From Gemmatimonadota bacterium (GTDB lineage Bacteria; Gemmatimonadota; Gemmatimonadetes; Longimicrobiales; RSA9): 24,497 nucleotides of DNA. Shown one piece after another: positions 16,768 through 24,497 of the stretch. The DNA is taken from NCBI GenBank assembly GCA_040905425.1, contig JBBDRO010000002.1, forward strand, positions 39,731 through 64,227, given 5' to 3'. Each line of letters opens with the position of its first letter. The first letter of the stretch is position 1. The position numbers and the translations under genes were made by a program. The notes under the pieces are model-generated. The model saw only the letters and a list, made by a program, of their open reading frames with translations. It searched no databases and was not told the origin of the DNA.

Positions 16768-17139
16768 GCGCATCCTGGCCTTCAACACCGACCCCTAGTC
16801 ATCTTGGCCATCGTGCGCCATCTCGACCAGACGCCCGCCTTCGATGCCGCCGAACCGGACCCCACCCAGGACTTCGACTTCGATCAGAGCCAGAGCTGAG
16901 GCGCATGAGGGCGGAGTCGCGCCCGTGCCACTCGAGCCCGAGCCACCTGGCACGCCTCCCCCCGGCACCTGGCCCGCCTTCATCCCCCTGGCTCCGCGCT
17001 TCACCACGCCGTGCCCCATCCGCCATGGCGCACGGCCCACCCTCCCAGCTTCGCTCCATGCCCGACAGCACGCTTGCCCGCCGAGGAGTCCGCGCAACCT
17101 TGGGTCAAGGACGAAAAGGTGGGTTGGAATTACTATCCC
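16768..17139 (+). mobile_element. IS91/ISCR-like 3' remnant with putative oriIS end, copy 1
   Basis: Degenerate RILAF.TDP...AIVRHLDQTPAFDAAEPD..DFDFDQS C-terminus, direct-repeat homology to 23953-24410, terminus GTGGGTTGGAATTACTATCCC resembling ISCR/IS91 oriIS ends. Confidence 0.7.
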
Positions 17140-17469
17140 CCCAGCCGCCCGCCCATCCCTCCAGGGTAAGCGACCCAGCTCCACTCTAGATGCGCGCACC
17201 TCCGACCGCGGCCACGCGCCAGCCAACCGCCACCCAATACCGGGCCGCGAGCGCACCGAGCGCCGCACATGAGCGCTCCCAGCAAGCAGCACCTTGACGC
17301 AGCCGCCTCCACTCCCCATGTTGCAATCCTGCTCTTATGGGTTCCGCGCCCATCCGCCCCGCGAATGCCCCGCCACCCTTCCACCCCGGGGCAGGTTGAC
17401 CCCCGGAGGGCGAGCGGTCGGGAGACGAGGCTGCCAGTCAGCCGGGCGCCACGTACATAAGACAAGCGG

Positions 17470-18661
17470 TTGCCGCCTTGGCGGGTCGAGCGCTCCGAGA
17501 TTGATGCTGATGCCAAACGCCTTGATGTCCATATCGACTTCCAGCCGGGCGGCACGTTCTCCTGCCCGGATTGCGGTACGGGCGGCTGCAAAGCGTACGA
17601 CACCACGGAAAAGACGTGGCGGCACCTGAACTTCTTCGAGCACCAAGCCTACCTTCACGTGCGCACGCCGCGTGTGTCGTGTAAGCAGTGTGGTGTGAAG
17701 CTGGTCGAGGTGCCTTGGGCGCGGCACGGCAGCGGCTTCACGCTGCTGTTCGAGGCCTATTTGCTGACCCTGTGCAAGGCGTTGCTGGTGGCGGCCGATG
17801 CGCGCTTGGCCGCTGAGCACGACACGCGGCTCTGGCGGGTGCTGTGCCACTACGTTGAGGTGGCCCGAACTGAGGCGGATCACTCGCAGGTGGTCCCCGT
17901 GTCGGCGTGGATGAGACGAGCAGCCGCCGCGGGCACAAATACGTTAGCCTCTTCATGGATATGGATGAGCCGCGCATGCTCTTTGCTACGCCCGGACGGG
18001 CCTAGGAGACGTTCGAGGCATTCCGCGAGGATCTGGTCGCGCATAGGGGCGTACCTGAGCAGATCGAAGAGGTCTGCGTGGACATGTCACCAGCCAATCT
18101 GAAGCGTGCCCGCGATCATTTCCCGGAGGCGAGTGTCACGATTGACAGGTTCCACGTCATGAAGCTCCTGAATGATGTCGTCGATCAGGTCCGCCGGGAG
18201 GAACAGAAGGAACAACCCGAGCTGAAGCGGACGCGCTGGATCTGGCTCAGGAATCCTCACCTACTGCGACGTTCAGCACAGGATCGAGGCGCTCCTCCCA
18301 GAAGAGGTCGGACTGCGAACTGCGGAGGCGTACCGCATCAAGCTCGCGTTTCAGAAGTTCTGGGATCAGCCATCCTGGGAGCACGCCTTTATCTGTACCG
18401 CTGGTACAACATGGCCGTGAAGAGCGCTCTGCCTCCGGTGGTGCGCGTGGCTACAACGCTACTGGAGTTCCGGGAGCAGCTGATCAATTGGTTCCGGTCC
18501 AAAGCCAGCAACGGACTACTCGAAGGCACATCGAGCCTCATCCAGGCGGCCAAGGCAAGGGCACGCGGCTATCGGTCCGTGGAGAACCTCATCACAATGA
18601 TCTACATGCTGACGGGCAAGTTCAGCTTGCCGGGCCTACCCATTTGAAGTAGCGGGGAGCC
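17470..18661 (+). pseudogene. ISL3 family transposase, decayed, with right end
   Basis: Zinc finger CPDCG...WRHLNFFEHQAYLHVRTPRVSC..CG..VPWAR, GVDETS, DMS..IDRFHVMK, SNGLLEG..IQAAKARARGYRS. Frameshift near 17897, in-frame TAG at 18003-18005, further frameshifting about 18270-18385. Ends in AGCGGGGAGCC at 18661. Confidence 0.9.
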
Positions 18662-19067
18662 AGAATTGCCTTTCGCCGAAAGAGGAGCGGCTCACAAGCA
18701 TGAAATGCCTTGGCTTAGCCCCAGAACGCGACGTTCAAGCTGGGACGCCAACTCCTGATCGTCGGCAAGGTTGGGCGAACATGATTTTTCCGAGATCCTG
18801 GCCTGAGATGCCAGAATACCCGTTGCGACCTCGGTTGTGGCTCCTGCATTGGGTGTCAATCCGCTCGGTTGGGTGCATGAACGCGCGTGGAACCGAATCC
18901 CAGGCGAGCGAGGAGACAACGGTTGTCAACGGCGAGTCGGCTGCTGTCTTCGCGTCGGTTATGTCTCTTAGCACACACGCTGCCGGAAAGCTCCACGTAC
19001 CCTGCGTGGAAATGCAAGACGGTACGATCGCACTGCTTGACGTGGTTCGTTCAGGGAGTGTGGGTCG

Positions 19068-20069
19068 GTGAAGGGCGCCAGCGGCCGGGGGCCTGTCGGC
19101 CCGGCCAACGAATGGCCGCAGTCCGCGCACGTGCGAAAGTTCATCGCAAAGGCAGCGGCAGCGATCTGGCTATGCGTGCTGCTGGAGGGCGAGACCGGCA
19201 CGGGAAAGACGTATGTCGCGCGCGCCATCCACGACCGGGGACCGCGGGTTAAGGGTCCGTTCGTGGGCGTCAACAGCGCCAGCCTTTCCGAGACGCTGCT
19301 CGAGTCCGAACTTTTCGGGCACGAGAAAGGTGCGTTCACCGATGCGAAGAACACGCATCACGGGCTCATCGATCACGCGAGCGGCGGCACGCTCCTCCTC
19401 GACGAGATCGGGGAGATGTCCCCAGGGCTCCAAGCGCGGCTCCTGACGCTGCTGGGCGATAACCGCGTGTATCGCCGCGTCGGCGGTGTCGGAGACCTGC
19501 GTACTGACGCTCGGTTTATTTTCGCCACCAACATGAATCTGCTCGAGCTGATGGCACGAAAACTGTTCCGGGCAGATCTCTACCACCGCATCAGCCCGCT
19601 GCGCATCACGCTCCCACCTCTCCGGCAGCGCCTCCACGACATTCCCGCGATGGCCCGCATCCTCCTGGAGCGTCACATGGTGGCAGCCGGCGCCAGCGGA
19701 GCCGCCCCAATCCTGTCGCCGCAGGCCCTCGACGCCTTCCGTGCGTACCCATGGCCCGGGAACATCCGGGAACTGGCGAACGCGCTCGCCAGCGCGCTTC
19801 TGGCAGCCGACGGAGCACCCGTTCTTCAGCCCGACCACCTACCGAGCCACATCCTGAGCGGGACGCCCCCCGCGCCTGATGCGTCGCCTAAACCGAGGCG
19901 GCAAAGGTACGTTCCGCCTCAGGATCCCGCCGAGGAGAGGCGCATGATCATCGAGGCCCTCCGGCTGACGGGCTGGAACCGAACGAAGGCGTCCGCGGCC
20001 CTCGGAATGTCGCGCCGGACGCTCTGGGAGCGGATGCGCCTCTACCGAATCAAAGAATCGGATGCATAA
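19068..20069 (+). CDS. Sigma54-dependent transcriptional activator lacking an N-terminal sensor domain (AAA+ plus HTH)
   Basis: Walker A GETGTGKT about 40 aa from the start, [70 protein letters not shown] upstream of the GTG. Confidence 0.9.
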   Translation: MKGASGRGPVGPANEWPQSAHVRKFIAKAAAAIWLCVLLEGETGTGKTYVARAIHDRGPRVKGPFVGVNSASLSETLLESELFGHEKGAFTDAKNTHHGLIDHASGGTLLLDEIGEMSPGLQARLLTLLGDNRVYRRVGGVGDLRTDARFIFATNMNLLELMARKLFRADLYHRISPLRITLPPLRQRLHDIPAMARILLERHMVAAGASGAAPILSPQALDAFRAYPWPGNIRELANALASALLAADGAPVLQPDHLPSHILSGTPPAPDASPKPRRQRYVPPQDPAEERRMIIEALRLTGWNRTKASAALGMSRRTLWERMRLYRIKESDA

Positions 20070-20237
20070 GGCTGCTAAACTTGCGGGACATGCGTGTCTA
20101 CAGCGTGAACACGCCTGTATCCACGATGTCCAAGATGAGAGATCGACCTCGGTGGCCCAGTTCGGAGAGTGATGGAAGTGCATGATTTGCAAGGCCTTGG
20201 ACACCCAGCGTCGACGCGGACGTTGAAAGCGACAGAT

Positions 20238-20253
20238 CGGTCCACGAATTGCA
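20238..20253 (+). promoter_or_regulatory. Putative sigma54 promoter of the Cys-rich peptide gene
   Basis: CGGTCCACGAATTGCA: GG (20239-40)-N10-GC (20251-52) with a consensus TTGCA -12 box, 57 bp upstream of ATG 20310 and directly downstream of a sigma54 activator gene. Confidence 0.6.
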
Positions 20254-20309
20254 GCAGCGAAGTGACCCGTCGCTAATTGGCAACCGCTCTTTAACAAGCA
20301 GAGGCGACC

Positions 20310-20594
20310 ATGCGCAGGAAGAATCGTTTGAGCGAAACCACGCGCTGGATCCGGCTAGCCGCCGTCACGGCGATGCTGCCAATCGCGGTCAGTAGTTTCA
20401 CGTCACAAGCCGTTGCCGGGCAGGAGGATGATTGCCCCGCAGATCATTACCAGAGTTGCATGGCGTGCACCACCCCCGATTTGGCCTGTAGTTGGAAAGA
20501 GGGGGAGACCTGGTGCCACGGCACCCAAGAATGTCGGGATTGCCCCACCAACCCTCAGAGCGATGCGACATATTGCGTGACGGAGCCGACTTGA
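20310..20594 (+). CDS. Small secreted cysteine-rich protein / putative peptide precursor
   Basis: AGAGG RBS, basic N-region, hydrophobic core, AVA cleavage motif, then an acidic about 58-aa mature part with 8 Cys (C-x7-C-x2-C-x6-C-x8-C-x5-C-x2-C-x10-C). Confidence 0.75.
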   Translation: MRRKNRLSETTRWIRLAAVTAMLPIAVSSFTSQAVAGQEDDCPADHYQSCMACTTPDLACSWKEGETWCHGTQECRDCPTNPQSDATYCVTEPT

Positions 20595-20652
20595 ACAGAC
20601 GCATTAGCTTCTGCGCGGCTGACATCGTTTTCGGATTCACGTGACCGTTGGA

Positions 20653-20691
20653 CGCGGAGCGCGAGGCAGTCGACAGCCCTCGCGCTCCGCG
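20653..20691. repeat. Perfect 14-bp GC-rich stem-loop downstream of the peptide gene
   Basis: CGCGGAGCGCGAGG (20653-20666) pairs with CCTCGCGCTCCGCG (20678-20691), 11-nt loop, no U tract. Confidence 0.85.
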
Positions 20692-20849
20692 GATCGAGCA
20701 ACGCCGTTGTAGTTGTCTGCCTCCGGGTAGTCATAGCCTTTGCGCGATGCCAAGGTGTCAAATAACCTGGAGTGCATTTCGGAGTTGAGACAAGCGTAGC
20801 GTGACTGGTTTTAGAGCGAGGTGAGGACCGGCGGTACGATTGACGATGA

Positions 20850-21493
20850 AGCGTTCTTGAGCGGGAAACTCGGCTGCGTGCGGTTGGGGGCTTTGATCTG
20901 ACTTTTCTCGCCGAAGGAGAAGACGATCACCCGTTCGGGAGGTACTATATAGAGCCCGACCACATCCAGCAATTTCTCCCGGGGATCCTTGGACAGCTTA
21001 AAATACTGGACTCGATGGGGTTTGGTGCCGTGAGCCTTCCAGACTCGTCCTACCTGGCTTTGATGAAGCCCCACCTGCTGAGGCATCAGCCGCTGGCTCG
21101 GGTCAGGGCCTGACGGTGGCTTCTCATGAACGATGCGCCGAACACGTCCGTCGCAATCTCATCGGGGACGGTTCGGGGACGTGCTGGGCACGGACGGTCC
21201 TCCTTGATTCCAGCAATTCCCTCGGCCTCGGACTGGTCGAGCTACCGCTGCACCGTGAGTCGGCTCGTACCCACCCAGCGGCTGATGAGGTGGGCGGGCT
21301 TACCTTCGGCCGAACTGAGAACGATACGCGTTTGCTCGACCAAGCGCCGCGGCATCTTACGCGAGCGAATCCACTGCTCAAGGGTAGCCTCGTCGTCGCG
21401 GTACAACGGGATCTGTCGTGCTGGTTTGGGCCGGCCATGGAAAAACAACCCAATAAACTATATAAATATAGACATAGTCCGCCACTACACTAG
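20850..21493 (-). pseudogene. IS630 family transposase remnant (5' half)
   Basis: LEQWIRSRKMPRRLVEQTRIVLSSAEG..TVQR*, RVWKAHGTKPHRVQYFKLSKDP..KLLDVVGLY..PPERVIVFSFGEKSQI..NRTQP. Stop at 21242-21244 plus frameshifts. Terminus CTAGTGTAGTG (minus strand) near 21493. The C-terminal catalytic half is missing. Confidence 0.85.
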
Positions 21494-21504
21494 CGAGGAC
21501 GACC

Positions 21505-22194
21505 ATGACGAAGCGTGATATATGGGAGATTGCTTCGACCGCTATTATTACCATTTCTGTAATCGGCATGCTTGGCATGTATTTGTATGATCGGCGATCG
21601 CGGGTGACGGGCTCACCGGAGCAGCACGAGCCGGACTGGCAGACTTGGGCCGAAACGGGCATCCGGATCGGACCTGACAACGCCGGAATGGTAATTGCTC
21701 AATTTGTCGATTTCAGGTGCCCGTATTGCAGTGGCTTTGCGCCCGTTCTTGACTCGGTTCTGGCCGCATTCGATGGAGAAGTGGCCCTGGAGATCCACCA
21801 TTTCCCATTGGCGAGTCACGAGCTTGCGGTCCCAACAGCAGTTGCCGCCGAATGCGCAGATCGACAAGGAAAGTTCAGACAGATGTACAATACTTTATAT
21901 GAGCAGATGGACTCTGTGGGCCGAAAAACATGGCGCGAACTTGCGGCCGACGCCGAGATCGGGGATATACCGGCGTTCGAAGCGTGTATACAACTCCCGG
22001 CGGAGCAATTCAGCCGAATCGCGGCGGGCCGCGCTCTTGGTGAGCGAATCGGCATTACCGGAACGCCGACCATCTACGTGAACGGCACACTTTCGAGAGA
22101 AAGGTCATTTGTCGGGTTTCAGGACATAGCGCAAGAACTGGGAGTATCTCCTTCCAAATCGACGCCGCTCGTCCCGTCGGATGGTGCTGGCTGA
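21505..22194 (+). CDS. Membrane-anchored DsbA/thioredoxin-fold disulfide oxidoreductase
   Basis: N-terminal TM helix, FVDFRCPYC active site, HHFPL..H, AAECADRQGKF, cis-Pro loop GITGTPTIYVNG. GAGG RBS. Confidence 0.9.
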   Translation: MTKRDIWEIASTAIITISVIGMLGMYLYDRRSRVTGSPEQHEPDWQTWAETGIRIGPDNAGMVIAQFVDFRCPYCSGFAPVLDSVLAAFDGEVALEIHHFPLASHELAVPTAVAAECADRQGKFRQMYNTLYEQMDSVGRKTWRELAADAEIGDIPAFEACIQLPAEQFSRIAAGRALGERIGITGTPTIYVNGTLSRERSFVGFQDIAQELGVSPSKSTPLVPSDGAG

Positions 22195-22269
22195 ATTGTG
22201 GCCATTGTAGTTTTGGCGCCCGGCCTACGGGGTTTTCCGATAACGTTTCGGCTACGGCCGAGGCCGCCT

Positions 22270-23478
22270 GTGCGACTCGGATTGCTGCTGTGCTTGATTG
22301 CCGCGTGCGCCGAACACTCGCAAACGGAGCCTGGCACGGTGCAGCAGCGCGACAGCGCAGGCATTGTCATCATCGAGACCCCGAGCTCGGTCGCCAGAGC
22401 CCCCATCGGCTGGACCATTGGCAAGGTGCCTGAACTCCAACTCGGCGGTGCGGCTGGCCAGGGTTCGGTGTATTTTCACCAGATAGATGGGCGGATTCGG
22501 GGAGGGATGACGGGGTTCCCGGACGGGCGCATCGTAGTGGTGAACGCTGGTACTGGAGAGCTGCTCGTCTTTGACCGGGAAGGACATCTTCTGAACCGCA
22601 GGGGAATCCAAGGGGATGGCCCTGGCGAGTTTCGACGGACCCCAATCCTGGTGCCTTACGTCTCGAATGACTCACTGTTGGTTCGCGAGGATGGACACCG
22701 ACGCTACACGCTTTTTTCGGGCGACGGGCAGATGCATCGCAGTTTCATGCCCGACAGGCCCGGCGTCATCGGCAACGGGGGCGGAGCGTCGGAATCGGAA
22801 ATAGTCCTAACAACTGTTCTCGCGCCACCTCCCATGGTTGAAGGACAACATGTGTGGCCGCATGGTGTTAGCTGGATCAGTGTCGAATCCGGCCGCGCGG
22901 ACACTATCGCCCGATTCAACACACATTTGTATGTGTATTTCGCGGAGAGCCTAGGCGGAGCCCCCTATGGATTCAACGTTCCGTTTACCACGAGTCCTTC
23001 CGTGGCGGTCGGTACCCTGGGTTCTTTCGTGACTGGCGGAGATACCCCGGATGTGCGCGCGTTTGATAACGGTGGCAGACTGGTCCGGATTTTCCGTTTG
23101 ATGGAGGCCCCTCGACCCGTAACGGACGATGACGTCGAGGGCGCGATTGACTCGCTTGTGGCGGGGTTCACCACGGCCATGGCGCGGTCCGAGGCGCGCC
23201 GTGCCTACGAGCGTGTGGATATTCCGAGCCACTGGCCCACCTTTAAGTCTGTGCGCGTCGACCGTCTCGGCTGGATCTGGGCAGAACTGTACCGCCCACC
23301 GCATCACCTGACACCACAGTGGATGGTCTTTGATTCCAGCGGTGTCGCGCGCGGGGTTGTCGACCTACCATCCGGACTCGAGGTGCACGATATCGGTCCC
23401 GACTACGTGCTGGGACGGTGGCTTGATGACCTGCGAGTAGAATATGTCCGACGCTATCGCCTGGAGCGCAGCCGCTGA
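22270..23478 (+). CDS. Putative lipoprotein, 6-bladed beta-propeller (NHL-like)
   Basis: Lipobox-like LLCLIAAC after a GTG at 22270 (the ORF is open from 22198), RDSAGIVII, blade motifs DGRIVVV, LLVFDREG, GDGPGEF, VRAFDNGG, VDRLGWIW, WMVFDSSG, ending VRRYRL. Confidence 0.75.
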   Translation: MRLGLLLCLIAACAEHSQTEPGTVQQRDSAGIVIIETPSSVARAPIGWTIGKVPELQLGGAAGQGSVYFHQIDGRIRGGMTGFPDGRIVVVNAGTGELLVFDREGHLLNRRGIQGDGPGEFRRTPILVPYVSNDSLLVREDGHRRYTLFSGDGQMHRSFMPDRPGVIGNGGGASESEIVLTTVLAPPPMVEGQHVWPHGVSWISVESGRADTIARFNTHLYVYFAESLGGAPYGFNVPFTTSPSVAVGTLGSFVTGGDTPDVRAFDNGGRLVRIFRLMEAPRPVTDDDVEGAIDSLVAGFTTAMARSEARRAYERVDIPSHWPTFKSVRVDRLGWIWAELYRPPHHLTPQWMVFDSSGVARGVVDLPSGLEVHDIGPDYVLGRWLDDLRVEYVRRYRLERSR

Positions 23479-23809
23479 CGTTCGGCTGAACCTCATCGGA
23501 TCTGTCGCATCGCAACGTTGGTGTGCTCATCCACTCGCATCGGGTATCGTGGCGAGGGAAGACCCTGACATCCTCGTCAAGCAACCGCCGGATGAAACGG
23601 ATGTGGCGCTAGTGCTGCGGCAGCCGTCAGGGAGCTACCATGGCCACGCTCGCCGAGGTCGATGGGTCGTGGTATCCGTGGTGGCGCTGGCCAAGGAGCA
23701 CACGGCGGCCCTTGAGAATCCAGCGGCAGCCGCCGGGATTATCGTCTCTGACGAAGTGGCTGAGGAGGTGACCGGGACGCGCGGGGTGCCCGCAGTACGC
23801 GGGATGTGC

Positions 23810-24410
23810 GGCGCCGACGCCCCGGACGATCCGCCCGGCGAAGTCGCACCGCTCGATCCCGCCCGGCGCGCCGCCCGCTCCCGCTGGGCCCGCCTCATCG
23901 CCCGCATCTACGAGGTCTCGCCTCTCACCTGCCCCAACTGGAGCGCCCAGATGCGCATCCTGGCCCTCCTTACCGACCCCCCAGTCAACGTGGCCATCCT
24001 GGGCCACCTGGACCTGCCCACCCGTCCGCCCGCGCTTTCCCCGGCCCGCGGGCCGCCTCAGCCCGACCTCCCCCTAAACACCGAGGCGCCCGATCACCTC
24101 GACCAGACGCCCGCCTTCGGTGCCGCCGAGCCGGACCCCATCCCGGACTTCGACTTCGACCAGAGCTGAGGCGCCGGAGGGGGGAGCCACGCCTGCACAC
24201 CTCGGGACAACGCCGCCGGGCGCCCTTCCACCCCGCGCCTGGCCCGTCCCCACTCCCCCGACCCCGCGCTTCGCCACGCCGTGCCCGCTCCGCCATGGCG
24301 CACGGCCCACGCTCGCAGGTTCGCTCCCCGACCGACAGCACGCTTGCCTCCGCCGAGGAGCCCGCCCTGCCTTGGGTCGGGGAAGAAAAGGTGGGTTGGA
24401 ATTACTTCTA
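23810..24410 (+). mobile_element. IS91/ISCR-like transposase C-terminal fragment with putative oriIS end, copy 2
   Basis: RWARLIARIYEVSPLTCPNWSAQMRILALLTDP..ILGHL..PP.LSPARGPP, typical of IS91-like C-termini (second Cys lost). Stop at 24169. Terminus GTGGGTTGGAATTACTTCTA at 24391-24410. The left boundary is approximate. Confidence 0.75.
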
Positions 24411-24497
24411 TGGGGCAGGCTGTCAACACGCACCTCGACTAAACCCAAGTTCCAGGGTGGAATCTCTTGTGAACTGTTGTGGCGCAAGGCCGTACCC

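Noticed and set aside
18700..19071. 123-aa ORF overlapping the activator start (GTGA), a possible trans-regulator or detached sensor domain
   Set aside because: No recognisable domain or motif. It cannot be supported without a homology search, although it is worth including in one.
20310..20594. Peptide as a c-type cytochrome or Tat substrate
   Set aside because: The CxxC motifs lack the following His (CMACT, CRDCP), and MRRKNR does not match the S/T-R-R-x-F-L-K Tat consensus.
23444..23809. 5' part of the 241-aa ORF as a real gene, or a decayed tyrosine recombinase on the minus strand
   Set aside because: Only the part after about 23810 resembles IS91-like protein. The recombinase resemblance is too fragmentary to support.
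24421..24497. TGTCAAC... as the start of another IS (IS21-like) end
   Set aside because: Only a few matching bases at the window edge, with no partner repeat or transposase visible.
1..24497. CRISPR array, tRNA or rRNA genes
   Set aside because: No regularly spaced repeats or recognisable structural RNA sequences seen.

Overview
High-GC bacterial DNA whose gene content resembles Gemmatimonadota/Acidobacteriota (lineage is inference), in two parts. Part A (151-16650) is an envelope export locus. A minus-strand run encodes TolC, a membrane fusion protein, a stand-alone MacB/LolD-type ATPase, a sigma54-dependent response regulator and a histidine kinase. It is followed by three PadR + duplicated-permease (ADOP-type) cassettes. 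tolC and the MFP gene each have a sigma54-like -24 box and share a 27-bp upstream motif at nearly identical spacing. Part B (about 16770-24410) is a visibly lower-GC accessory segment bounded by two direct-repeat copies of an IS91/ISCR-like 3' end (oriIS side), and it contains decayed ISL3 and IS630 elements. Its intact cargo is a sigma54 activator with no sensor domain, a sigma54 promoter, a secreted 8-Cys peptide followed by a perfect 14-bp stem-loop, a DsbA-like oxidoreductase and a beta-propeller lipoprotein. This cargo is the best candidate for an undescribed disulfide-rich secreted peptide system. All calls come from motif reading; no searches were run.
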